Shown here: piece after piece, positions 23,148 through 32,605 of the stretch
Layout of the letters: each line of letters begins with the position of its first letter
Position numbering within the stretch: position 1 is the first letter of the stretch
Source of the DNA: Candidatus Uhrbacteria bacterium CG_4_9_14_3_um_filter_41_35
GTDB lineage: Bacteria; Patescibacteriota; Patescibacteriia; UBA9934
Length of the DNA: 64,000 bases
Direction of reading: 5' to 3'
Assembly (NCBI GenBank): GCA_002791275.1
Contig: PFWT01000009.1
Span: 72,797 to 136,796 of the forward strand
Position numbers and translations under genes: made by a program
The notes under the pieces: model-generated
Database searches by the model: none
Told to the model about the DNA's origin: nothing
Seen by the model: only the letters and a program-made list of their open reading frames with translations

Positions 23148-23612
23148 ATGACTAAAAATGTTTATTACGTCTCTCAAGAGGGACTAGACAAATTGAACGA
23201 AGAACTTGAATATCGTTCTACAACACTTCGAAAACAGATTTCAGACGCAATTGGAACTGCAAAAGAACAAGGTGATCTTTCTGAAAACTTTGAATATCAG
23301 GATTCAAAAGAACGTCAGGCGGTAAACGAAGCCAGAATCATTGAACTAAACGACACAATTGCTCGTACCGTGGTGATTGCGTCAGAAGAGGGCGGAACAG
23401 AAATCAGGATCGGCTCCACTTTTGAAGCAGAAATGAACGGTGTTACAAAAACGTACTCAATTGTTGGTCAAACCGAAAGCGATCCAATGGCTGGTAAAAT
23501 CAGTCACGAATCACCACTTGGAAACGCCTTTATGGGACACAAACCTGGCGATACTATCGAGGTAACGGCTCCAGCAGGAAAAATTAGCTACAAGATCATC
23601 TCATTAAAATAA
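23148..23612 (+). CDS. greA: Transcription elongation factor GreA
   Basis: GDLSENFEY, ISHESPLG. Confidence 0.95.
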   Translation: MTKNVYYVSQEGLDKLNEELEYRSTTLRKQISDAIGTAKEQGDLSENFEYQDSKERQAVNEARIIELNDTIARTVVIASEEGGTEIRIGSTFEAEMNGVTKTYSIVGQTESDPMAGKISHESPLGNAFMGHKPGDTIEVTAPAGKISYKIISLK

Positions 23613-23686
23613 ATTGTCATCTCGAGCGACACATTTAGTTGTTTGAAACAATTTCAACAACCAGCCTGCGGTCGAGATTACAATTT
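23611..23686. repeat. Long imperfect hairpin (REP/MITE-like or structured RNA)
   Basis: 23611-23625 vs 23672-23686 complementary at 14/15 positions; inner stem GTTG.TTGAAA / TTTCAACAAC. Confidence 0.55.
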
Positions 23687-23726
23687 TAGGGATATAACTC
23701 GCACAACTTATTTATCGAAACTCAAT

Positions 23727-25220
23727 ATGATCAAAGAAGAAGTTGCCAGACGTGAGCGTCTACAAAATTTGACTGACTCAAATATAAATCCATATCCAGC
23801 CTCTGCCAAACGAACACACATGGCGTCAGAGGTTATGGATAAATTTGAGACTCTTGAGAAATCAAATGATCATATTTCAATCGCAGGTCGCGTGCGCGCT
23901 ATCCGTAAACACGGTGGTCTAACTTTTGTGGTAATAGAAGACACAAGCGGAACTTTTCAAGCTGTCCTTCATCGCGATGTTATCGGAACTGAAAAGTACG
24001 ATCAGTTTGGTGTGCAAGCTGATGTTGGTGATTTTTATTCAGTTTCAGGTCCTTCTTTTAGAACCAAGCGAGGCGAGCCATCGATCGATGCTCAAGAATA
24101 TCAACTGTTAACAAAATCCTTGCTACCACTTCCTGAAAAATGGCACGGTTTAACTGACACTGAAAAACGCTACCGTCACAGATACCTCGACCTTATTTCA
24201 AATCCAAGCGCTATGGAAATAGCCAAAACTCGTTCAAGAATGGTTGCGGCTATTCGTAGGTTTCTTGAAAGCGAAGGCTTCATGGAAGTAGAAACACCTG
24301 TTCTTCAGGCTCTGGCCGGGGGAGCGAACGCTAAACCATTTGTAACTCATCACAACACACTTGATCACGATTTTTATCTACGTATTGCACCAGAACTTTT
24401 CCTAAAACGCTTAATCGTTGGAGGTTTTGAGAAAATATACGAGTTTGCCAGATGTTACCGCAACGAGGGGATTAGTCCTCAACACAACCCAGAGTTCACA
24501 CAAATTGAACTTTACTGGGCTTATGCAGAAATTGAAGATTTAATGGATCATCTTGAAAGGATGATGAGTCAAGTTGTAAAAGAGACTATCGGCTCATCAG
24601 TTATTCAGCTTGATAATCTCGAACTAAAATTTGAAACGCCGTTTCCACGAACCTCTTTTCACGACGTGGTGGAAGCAAAAACTGGTATTGATCTAGATCA
24701 GATTTCAGGCGAAGAAGCTTTGCGGGAACTAATGATTGCAAAAAAAATTGATGTTCGCGGGGTAGTTGGTGAGGGTGAGTTAATCGATACTCTGTACAAA
24801 CACGCCGTTCGACCGCAAATTATCCAACCAACCTTTGTAACTGACTACCCAGTAGCAATGAAGCCTCTGGCGAAGGTTCGAGAAAATAATCCAAAATATA
24901 GTGCCAGCGCACAGCTGGTTGTAAACGGTTTAGAGGTTTGGAACGCCTTTAACGAGTTAAACGATCCGCTCGAACAAGAGGCACGCTTCAATGAACAGGA
25001 GTCGTTAAGAGAACGGGGCAGTGAAGATGCGCAACGAGTTGATTTTGACTTCTTGAAAGCGCTTAAACACGGAATGCCACCAACTGCCGGCTATGGTCTC
25101 GGAATCGATCGCCTAGCGATGATTTTAACCGGTAGTCCAAATCTTAAGGAAGTAATTCTCTTCCCAACGCTTAAACCACTAGCTGATGGAGCTGAAGACG
25201 AGGAAGAAACTGCGGAATAA
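23727..25220 (+). CDS. lysS: Lysine--tRNA ligase (class II)
   Basis: LPEKWHGL, YLRIAPEL, RNEG, HNPEFT, GMPPTAG; ATG at 23727 preferred. Confidence 0.97.
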   Translation: MIKEEVARRERLQNLTDSNINPYPASAKRTHMASEVMDKFETLEKSNDHISIAGRVRAIRKHGGLTFVVIEDTSGTFQAVLHRDVIGTEKYDQFGVQADVGDFYSVSGPSFRTKRGEPSIDAQEYQLLTKSLLPLPEKWHGLTDTEKRYRHRYLDLISNPSAMEIAKTRSRMVAAIRRFLESEGFMEVETPVLQALAGGANAKPFVTHHNTLDHDFYLRIAPELFLKRLIVGGFEKIYEFARCYRNEGISPQHNPEFTQIELYWAYAEIEDLMDHLERMMSQVVKETIGSSVIQLDNLELKFETPFPRTSFHDVVEAKTGIDLDQISGEEALRELMIAKKIDVRGVVGEGELIDTLYKHAVRPQIIQPTFVTDYPVAMKPLAKVRENNPKYSASAQLVVNGLEVWNAFNELNDPLEQEARFNEQESLRERGSEDAQRVDFDFLKALKHGMPPTAGYGLGIDRLAMILTGSPNLKEVILFPTLKPLADGAEDEEETAE

Positions 25221-25221
25221 T

Positions 25222-25629
25222 ATGTCTAAAGTTTTAGTATTTGGCTCGTTCGATGGTTTGCATCCCGGGCACTTAAAATTTTTAACTGAAGCAAAAAAAT
25301 TAGCGGATGAGCTTGTAGTAGTTCTAGCACAAGACAAAGTCATTGCTCAGCTTAAAGGTTCGCTACCCCTACATAAATTTGCAGGACGCCAGTCGGATCT
25401 AACCAAAGTGCCTGAGGTAAACTATGTGTTACCTGGCGACTATGAGCTCGGCACATATTCTTCAATCGCGACCCTGAAGCCGGAAATCATTGCTTTTGGC
25501 TATGATCAGGTAGAACTGAAAAACGATGTCGAGGCTTGGCTAAAGACTAAAACAGCTCACACAAAAATAATCACTATCGAGGCTTACAAGCCAGATAAAT
25601 ACAAATCTTCGCTGTTGAATAAGAAATAA
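25222..25629 (+). CDS. Cytidylyltransferase-family nucleotidyltransferase (RibL/TagD-like)
   Basis: FGSFDGLHPGH and GYDQ motifs. Confidence 0.85.
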   Translation: MSKVLVFGSFDGLHPGHLKFLTEAKKLADELVVVLAQDKVIAQLKGSLPLHKFAGRQSDLTKVPEVNYVLPGDYELGTYSSIATLKPEIIAFGYDQVELKNDVEAWLKTKTAHTKIITIEAYKPDKYKSSLLNKK

Positions 25630-25630
25630 T

Positions 25631-26902
25631 ATGATTGACATTAAAGCATTAAGAGAAAATCCAACCTATTTTCAAGAAGCATCGCTAGCTAAAAATGTAA
25701 CTATTGATGTTGATAAAATATTAGATCTAGATCAAAAAGCTCGATCTTTAAACTCCGACCTTGAAAGCATTGCCGCACAAAAAAACGAAGCAAGCAAACG
25801 AATTGCAACTTCAGAAGGAGAAGTTCGCAATCAGCTCATTAAAGAAATGCGCGATATTGACACCAAGGTTGAAGGTCTTAAAGCAGAATATACGCCAATC
25901 AAGGATGAACTCGATGCTTTGCTCCACCGCATTCCAAACCCAGCACTTGCAGACGTTACTGTTTCGCCAAACGAAACGGATAACGAAGTTATTCGTACTG
26001 TTGGTGAAAAAACAGTTTTTGATTTTGAGCCAAAGGATCACCTTACACTCGGAGAAAATCTTGGCATTATCGACGTAGAACGAGCTGCAAAAACTTCAGG
26101 GGCGCGGTTTACATATTTAAAAGGTGACGGTGCGCTCCTGCAATTTGCGCTTGTTCAATACGCACTAAACACGGTAATGGAGTCAGGTTTTACACCAATT
26201 GTTGTGCCTCACATGATCAAAGCTGAGGCTATGCAGTCAATGGGTTACCTTGAACACGGTGGTCACGATGAAATTTATTATCTTTCAAAAGACAATCTTT
26301 ACCTAATCGGCACCAGCGAACAGTCAATTGGACCAATGCACGCCAACGAGGTTCTGCCAGCGGATCAACTGCCACTTCGTTATGTTGGAATTTCAAGCTG
26401 TTACCGTCGCGAGGCTGGGTCTTACGGTAAGGATACCAAGGGAATTTTACGTGTGCATCAGTTCGACAAAGTAGAAATGTTTAGTTTTACTAAACCTGAA
26501 AACTCAGAAGCGGAGCATGAACTAATTCTCTCACTTGAAGAAAAATTGATGCAGGGCCTAAAATTGCCATATCAGGTAATTAAAATGGTCTCTGGTGACC
26601 TCGGTCTGCCTGCAGCGCGTAAATACGACATTGAGGCTTGGCTCCCAACTCAAGAGGCCTACCGTGAAACACACTCTTGCAGTACAACTACCGACTTCCA
26701 AACCAGACGGCTTAATACCAGGTACAAAAACGATGACGGTAAAACCGAATTTGTACACGCACTTAACGGAACAGCATTCGCAATTGGTCGAACACTTATT
26801 GCAATCTTGGAAAATTACCAGCAAGCTGACGGTAGCGTGGTAATTCCTGAAGTTTTACGTGCATATCTTGGTGGTCGAGAAATAATTAAACCTGTCAAAT
26901 AA
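25631..26902 (+). CDS. serS: Serine--tRNA ligase
   Basis: LIGTSE, YRREAGSYG, RVHQFDKVE, HALNGT. Confidence 0.97.
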   Translation: MIDIKALRENPTYFQEASLAKNVTIDVDKILDLDQKARSLNSDLESIAAQKNEASKRIATSEGEVRNQLIKEMRDIDTKVEGLKAEYTPIKDELDALLHRIPNPALADVTVSPNETDNEVIRTVGEKTVFDFEPKDHLTLGENLGIIDVERAAKTSGARFTYLKGDGALLQFALVQYALNTVMESGFTPIVVPHMIKAEAMQSMGYLEHGGHDEIYYLSKDNLYLIGTSEQSIGPMHANEVLPADQLPLRYVGISSCYRREAGSYGKDTKGILRVHQFDKVEMFSFTKPENSEAEHELILSLEEKLMQGLKLPYQVIKMVSGDLGLPAARKYDIEAWLPTQEAYRETHSCSTTTDFQTRRLNTRYKNDDGKTEFVHALNGTAFAIGRTLIAILENYQQADGSVVIPEVLRAYLGGREIIKPVK

Positions 26903-26921
26903 ACGCTTCAACTAAAAAATC

Positions 26922-28064
26922 ATGCAACACAAAACATGGTTAGAACTTAATAGTGCAAATTTGAGATCCAACATTCAGATGCTTGGATCTCTTTTGTCTT
27001 CCGGAGTTGTATTTTGCGCGGTTGTAAAAGCTAATGCCTACGGTCACGATCTTGAAACAATGGCACGAATACTCGTGCTTGAAGGTATAAATACTTTTGC
27101 AGTTGATTCAGTTGACGAAGCAATGAAACTTCGGGCACATCATCCGAATATCACCATTTTTATTTTAGGCTTTACCGTTCCGGAGCGTTTTAAAGACGTT
27201 ATCAAAGGAGGTTTTATTCAGACAGTGACCGAGCTCGAGACCATTCACAAGCTTGCTCAAGCAGCGCTAGATTTACAGACAAAGGCTAAAATTAATCTAA
27301 AAGTTGAAACCGGCACCCAAAGGCAAGGTATAAACTCGGAAAAAATTAGAGACTTTGCTTTTGAAATAGAAAAAATGAAGGATGACATTGAGTTTGTTGG
27401 TCTTTCGTCACATTTTGCCAATTCAGAGGATGTAAGAAATCCCGATTTTTGTTTAACGCAAAATCAGATATTTTTTAATACCGCTAAAGAACTCGATATC
27501 TACAAAGTACAGCAACCGCATTTTTATCATATTAGTTGTTCTGCCTCAGCAATTAGTCAACCTACCACGCAATTCAATATGGTGCGTATTGGTCTTGCAC
27601 TCTACGGACTCTGGAGTTCAGAGGAGCTTAGACGACAAAATCTTAGTACTAGCAGACACATTGATCTAAAACCCGTACTCAGCTGGAAAACTAGAATTGC
27701 CCAGACTAAAGACGTTAGAGCAGGTGCCACTGTTGGTTATGGTCGAGCATTTTTAGCCGACCGCCCACTGCGTATTGCAGTTCTACCCGTAGGATATTAT
27801 GATGGTTATAGACGCCTAGCAATGAATAAAGGCTACGTTTTGGTAAACGGACAAAAATGTCGTATTCTTGGAAAGATTTGTATGAATATGATGATGATTG
27901 ATGTCTCACAGGTGCCACAGGCGAAAACAGGTAGCGTTGTCACACTGCTCGGACGAGATGGTATGAACGAAATTAAGGCTGAAGATTTAGCAAGCTGGTT
28001 CGAAACCATTAATTACGAAGCTGTAACTGGTATTAGTAGTCATTTACCGCGTATAATCACTTAA
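26922..28064 (+). CDS. alr: Alanine racemase
   Basis: AVVKANAYGH (PLP lysine), VRIGLALYG, GYYDG. Confidence 0.95.
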   Translation: MQHKTWLELNSANLRSNIQMLGSLLSSGVVFCAVVKANAYGHDLETMARILVLEGINTFAVDSVDEAMKLRAHHPNITIFILGFTVPERFKDVIKGGFIQTVTELETIHKLAQAALDLQTKAKINLKVETGTQRQGINSEKIRDFAFEIEKMKDDIEFVGLSSHFANSEDVRNPDFCLTQNQIFFNTAKELDIYKVQQPHFYHISCSASAISQPTTQFNMVRIGLALYGLWSSEELRRQNLSTSRHIDLKPVLSWKTRIAQTKDVRAGATVGYGRAFLADRPLRIAVLPVGYYDGYRRLAMNKGYVLVNGQKCRILGKICMNMMMIDVSQVPQAKTGSVVTLLGRDGMNEIKAEDLASWFETINYEAVTGISSHLPRIIT

Positions 28065-28083
28065 AACCTGCCTAAACGACCAA

Positions 28084-28989
28084 ATGGAACGGAGAAATTT
28101 TACAAAGACTGTTCACAGTAAAGAATATGAGCAGAAACGGTTTAAAAATCCGTTTTTTGAGAGTCAGGAAGAAAAGCAAAAAAAGTCTTTTAAGTTCTTG
28201 ATTATAGGTCTAGTTCTGATGCTCATCGCCGTCCCTATCATTCTCCTTTTCGGTGGGCTGTTTGAGCTCAAAAATAACTCTGTAAATGGCCTTACTACCA
28301 TTCCCCAGGCTGAGGTTGAAACAGAAATAAACCAGCATTTAGCCACAAAATGGCTGAACATCATTCCAAAGACTCATAAGTGGTTTACTCGTCCAAACGT
28401 GCTACGCGAAAGCTTGCAAAACAAATATAATTTTGAAAATATAAGCGTTAAAATTGAAGGCGATGAACTGAAGGTTGAAGTTGAGGAACGGATTTCTTCG
28501 CTTGCCTGGAAAAGTGCCGGTAATCTGTATTTTTTAGATCTCGACGGAAAGATTTTTAGAGAGATGTTACCTCAGGAACGGGCCAAAATCAATGAACGGC
28601 TAGGCGGAAAGATTGAACTAGTGGCACCCGAAGATATGCAAAGTGTGCCAATACTTCAACCAACACTGCCAATCATCCAGGATATGAGCGAACAGGTTGT
28701 TGAAATTGGGGGGGAGGTTATAAGTCCGGTCACCAGCGAGGCACTGATTAGTTTTGATAAAAACCTACGGTCTTTACATATTGATCCAGTTATTTATCAA
28801 GTTGAAAGACCACACAAACCCTGGCTTAGAGTGAAGACAAGGCAAGGGTACGACATACTCTTTGACGGGCTAGGGGATATGAATGTTCAGATAGCTTACC
28901 TGAACTCAATTTTGATTGAATACAAAGAAAAACTAAGCGAAATTAGCTATATCGACATTCGCTTTGAAAATCATATTTATATAAAGTAA
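28084..28989 (+). CDS. ftsQ: FtsQ/DivIB-like cell division protein
   Basis: Basic N-tail, single TM, POTRA-like region (VEVEER), C-terminal YIDIRFENHIYIK. Confidence 0.72.
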   Translation: MERRNFTKTVHSKEYEQKRFKNPFFESQEEKQKKSFKFLIIGLVLMLIAVPIILLFGGLFELKNNSVNGLTTIPQAEVETEINQHLATKWLNIIPKTHKWFTRPNVLRESLQNKYNFENISVKIEGDELKVEVEERISSLAWKSAGNLYFLDLDGKIFREMLPQERAKINERLGGKIELVAPEDMQSVPILQPTLPIIQDMSEQVVEIGGEVISPVTSEALISFDKNLRSLHIDPVIYQVERPHKPWLRVKTRQGYDILFDGLGDMNVQIAYLNSILIEYKEKLSEISYIDIRFENHIYIK

Positions 28990-29027
28990 TCGGGGATTCC
29001 CGTAGCAAAAATAATGCGTTAGAAAAT

Positions 29028-29800
29028 TTATTCTAGATTTTACGACACTAGAATAATTGTTAGGTGCCAGTAAGGGGGAGTACTAACCTGTAAAGTTATT
29101 GTATGATCAAGATTCTGTATATTGGTGGTTGGTTTGTAATAAAAAAATTGCAAATTTCAGATATAAAATTTTCTACAAATAAATTCTTTTAATAAAATAA
29201 TGAGACAAAAAATTTATTTAATAAGTTGTGCGACACGATTCAACTTAATGATGATACTAAGGATAAGTTAAGAGCGTCGACTTGAAGCGAAAGAAACTTA
29301 ACTTGACGTTGTGGACTACTTAAAGAGAGTTAAGCAAAAAAATAATTCAACTCTAAGGCCAAGACAAAATCTAAAATAAATCCAAGGTACAAAGATACCT
29401 TATATCTTATACGACGCCACCAGTTTATTTAGGGGTGATAGGTAGTACCGCTTAAAATAAAACTAGAGAATAAAAAGTCTAAAAATTCTTAAAAAAGCCA
29501 ATAAAAACAGTAAAATCAAGCCAAGGTTCAGGACTGAAAATATTTTCCTACCTTATATATTTAATATAAAAAATGATGTCTAGAATCTGATACTTACAGT
29601 AAGTCAGAAAGCTTGAACCAAACCAACAATCAAAATACAGAATCTATTTTAAACTATCAGTATATAAATTATAGCACACCTCCCCACTTTATATTTATAT
29701 ATATGTATGTGTCGTAAAATAAAATATACCCCAAACACATTCTCCACCATCATTTAATTAACAAGAAACCTAATTAAGTATAAAAATATACTGATAATAT
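29028..29800 (+). ncRNA. Putative large structured non-coding RNA or cis element (family not recognised)
   Basis: No ORF >=60 aa; long-range complementary pairs 29037-48/29709-20, 29075-80/29680-85, 29110-36/29619-45, 29655-65/29786-96 plus many local hairpins; G-U wobbles favour the + strand; boundaries uncertain. Confidence 0.45.
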
Positions 29801-29877
29801 TTTTTTTCGCAGTCGTCACAAACTTTTCAGATCGAATACGAATGCTCAACCATCAAAACTTTACACCACCCCCCTGC

Positions 29878-29923
29878 TAAGATAAAAAAATCCTGAATAA
29901 CAATTCAGGATTTTTTTATCTTA
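29878..29923. terminator. Bidirectional terminator (perfect 21-bp inverted repeat)
   Basis: TAAGATAAAAAAATCCTGAAT-aaca-ATTCAGGATTTTTTTATCTTA. Confidence 0.8.
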
Positions 29924-31114
29924 TTTCAAACCCGGTACATAGTTTCGCGGATCAACTGGAATACCGTTAAGTCTAACCTCAAAGTGAAGGTGTGGCCCGG
30001 TTGAGAAACCAGTTGAACCCACATAACCGATAATATCCCCTCTTGCCACGAACTGATCTTGCTTTACATTAAAGGCAGACATGTGCGCATATAAGGTGGA
30101 AAAACCACCCTCGTGAATTATGATCACATAATTACCATAATCCCGACCTCTCTTGGTCCAGGCTACCACTCCAGGCGCAGACGCTCGAATAGGCGTACCT
30201 GTCGGGGCTGCTAAGTCATGACCTGAGTGTTCGAAGAGATTTCTAAACGGATAGGTTGGATCGTGGAATATTGCGGTTGTAACCGCACTCGGCACCGGAT
30301 CTATGAACACTCCAGGATCGCCAAGATCGGCTGAATTATCTGAATTTCTAATCTTTGCCTCAATTTCCGCCTGCAGTTTTGAAATCTGTGTTGTAATATA
30401 TTGTTGCTCCTGGCGCAATTCACTCATCATTATCCTGTACTCTGCCTCACTGGATTGCGTTTCCGCAATCAGTGTATTCTTTGCCTCTTCATTAGCAGTG
30501 AGTGTGTTAATTTTTTGTTTAAGATCAGCCTCGAGTGAGACTAGACCATCTAAACGTTCCTGCCGGCCAGCCTTATTAGTTTCAAGCCCATCTTTTGCAG
30601 CTTTAGAGGTAGTTAGAGCCTTATTCAAACCCTTGTTCACACTTTCCAGGTTTTCAATTTCAGTAAACATCTGATTGAAATCCTGTGAGCTAAACAGCAC
30701 CTGCACCAAACCAATTTTATCACTCTTGTGTAGCTCGAACAACATTTCTTCAAGCATCGCTTTTTGGTTTTCAATGGTGGCTGTTTCTTCAGTAATTTGT
30801 TTGTCTATTTCTTCGATTTCTAGCTGTTGTTTTTTGATATTCGCTCGAGTTGCCTCAATGTCTAACTTAGCCAGCGCTGTTTGGTTTTCAATGAGTTCGA
30901 TGTCGTTTCGAAGATTAGCAGATTTAGAAGAAAGTTCCTGAATCTTCTTTTTGTATGTATCCATCTTTGAATTAATACTGTCTATCTCGGATTTTTTGTT
31001 TGAGATCTCACTATTTAAACTATCGACCTCAGCATTTTGAGCAAAAACTAAATGCCCGCCACTCATTGTGGTAGAGATAATAATAAGTAAGATGATGTAC
31101 AGTATTTTCCGCAT
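29921..31114 (-). CDS. Coiled-coil M23 peptidase (EnvC/CwlO-like murein hydrolase)
   Basis: Signal peptide, long coiled coil, HSGHD, YAHM, GPHLHFEVR. Confidence 0.9.
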   Translation of the reverse strand: MRKILYIILLIIISTTMSGGHLVFAQNAEVDSLNSEISNKKSEIDSINSKMDTYKKKIQELSSKSANLRNDIELIENQTALAKLDIEATRANIKKQQLEIEEIDKQITEETATIENQKAMLEEMLFELHKSDKIGLVQVLFSSQDFNQMFTEIENLESVNKGLNKALTTSKAAKDGLETNKAGRQERLDGLVSLEADLKQKINTLTANEEAKNTLIAETQSSEAEYRIMMSELRQEQQYITTQISKLQAEIEAKIRNSDNSADLGDPGVFIDPVPSAVTTAIFHDPTYPFRNLFEHSGHDLAAPTGTPIRASAPGVVAWTKRGRDYGNYVIIIHEGGFSTLYAHMSAFNVKQDQFVARGDIIGYVGSTGFSTGPHLHFEVRLNGIPVDPRNYVPGLK

Positions 31115-31121
31115 GAGTTTA

Positions 31122-32582
31122 TTATAACAAACTAATTCCTTTTTCGATACGGTTCAGAGACTGAGTTTTACCAAGTGCCCAAATCAATTCAAAGGGACTT
31201 GAGGACTTTTCTCGTCCTGAAAGCGCTGTACGGAGTGGCCAGAGTACATTTCCATTACTTAGTCCGTTTGCTTCAATATAATTTTTAATCAGCGTCTCAA
31301 TTTGCTCAATACTTGAGAGCGCATCATCTTCTACACCTTGTAGTAATTTAAGCATCCCTTCAAGTTGAGCTTTAGCATCTCCCGCATCCGCCTTTTTCCA
31401 AATTAAAATTGCTCCATCATAAGCCGGTTCCTCTAAATAATAACCAATTTTTTCCTGAAGTTCGTCGAGTCTACTAACACGTTCTCGTTCGATCATTATT
31501 GCGTTTAAAACAAGCTCATTATCTACGTTAGCCTGCACAAAAGGCCTTGCAACCTCTTTTAGTTCGTCTCTTGAAAGCGCTTTAAGGTAGTGATTATTCA
31601 TCCAATCAAGCTTTTCCATATTCAAAACCGCGCCCGATTTATTTACTTTTGATAAATCAAAAAGCTCTGTAAATTCTTCAATCTCATATAACTCCTGATC
31701 TCCTTTTGGATTGAACCCTAAGAGCGACACAAAGTTAATAAGGGCTTTTGGTAAATAACCCCGTTTTAGATAATCCTCAACTGCAACGTCACCCTGACGC
31801 TTTGAGAGCTTTGATTTATCTGGATTTAGAAGCAGTGGCAAGTGAGCAAAAACCGGTGCTTCCCAGCCGAACATTTTATAGAGAAGTACGTGTTTTGGCG
31901 TTGAAGAAATCCATTCTTCACCCCGTAAAATGTGGGTAATTTTCATCAGATGGTCATCAACAACCACAGCTAAATGGTAGGTTGGAAAACCATCTGCTTT
32001 TAATATAACCTGATCGTCTACTTCAGAGTTGTTAATCTTTATAAGTCCTCTTACCGCATCCTCAAATATAGTCTCCCCTTCTGGAATTTTTAATCTAACC
32101 ACACTATTTTCACCAGTGCTTAGTTTTGCTTGAACCTCATTCTCTGAAAGCCTTAAGCAAGTTCGATCATACTTTGGTGATTGTTTTGTTGCCTGTTGCT
32201 CCTCACGCATTGTTGTTAAACGTTCCTTTGAACAAAAACAATGATACGCATTACCCTGTGAAATGAGCTGGTTCACGTAGTCTGCATAAATATGCAGGCG
32301 AGCAGATTGCGTGTAAGGACCGTACTCACCAATTTCCTCGATGACACCATCTTTATCAATCACTGGACCTTCATCGTGCTCGAGTCCTAGAAACTTCATA
32401 GTTTCGAGGAGGTTTTCAACCGAGCCTTCAACCAATCTTTCCCGATCCGTGTCTTCGATTCTGATGATATATTTTCCACCGGTTTGCTTAGCTAAAAAAT
32501 AATTATAGAGCGCTGTTCGAAGCGTTCCAATATGAACATAACCGGTTGGTGATGGTGCTATTCTAGTTCGTGCTGGTGTCAT
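31122..32582 (-). CDS. gltX: Glutamate--tRNA ligase
   Basis: RIAPSPTGYVHIG, RIEDTD, KLSKR. Confidence 0.97.
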   Translation of the reverse strand: MTPARTRIAPSPTGYVHIGTLRTALYNYFLAKQTGGKYIIRIEDTDRERLVEGSVENLLETMKFLGLEHDEGPVIDKDGVIEEIGEYGPYTQSARLHIYADYVNQLISQGNAYHCFCSKERLTTMREEQQATKQSPKYDRTCLRLSENEVQAKLSTGENSVVRLKIPEGETIFEDAVRGLIKINNSEVDDQVILKADGFPTYHLAVVVDDHLMKITHILRGEEWISSTPKHVLLYKMFGWEAPVFAHLPLLLNPDKSKLSKRQGDVAVEDYLKRGYLPKALINFVSLLGFNPKGDQELYEIEEFTELFDLSKVNKSGAVLNMEKLDWMNNHYLKALSRDELKEVARPFVQANVDNELVLNAIMIERERVSRLDELQEKIGYYLEEPAYDGAILIWKKADAGDAKAQLEGMLKLLQGVEDDALSSIEQIETLIKNYIEANGLSNGNVLWPLRTALSGREKSSSPFELIWALGKTQSLNRIEKGISLL

Positions 32583-32605
32583 AAAGTTTTTAGTTTTTAA
32601 ATATT

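Noticed and set aside
23643-23726. N-terminal extension of lysS
   Set aside because: Starts within the intergenic hairpin and shows no LysRS similarity
29525-29610. Group I intron R/S-like words (GTTCAGGACTG ... CAGTAAGTC)
   Set aside because: Could not build P3/P4/P6/P7 consistently, and no interrupted host gene is evident
29693-29720. dif-like 28-mer (minus strand ATTTTACGACA-CATACA-TATATATAAAT)
   Set aside because: Only partial resemblance to one XerD arm and no inner TAA/TTA palindrome; too weak to call
28991-29749. tmRNA suggested by GGGGA at 28992 and CTCCACCA near 29741-29749
   Set aside because: No T-arm before the CCA, no matching acceptor stem, and the span is about twice tmRNA length
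28990-29920. Replication origin
   Set aside because: No cluster of TTATCCACA DnaA boxes, no dnaA/dnaN nearby, and flanking genes converge rather than diverge
28990-29920. CRISPR array
   Set aside because: No regularly spaced direct repeats and no cas genes in the window
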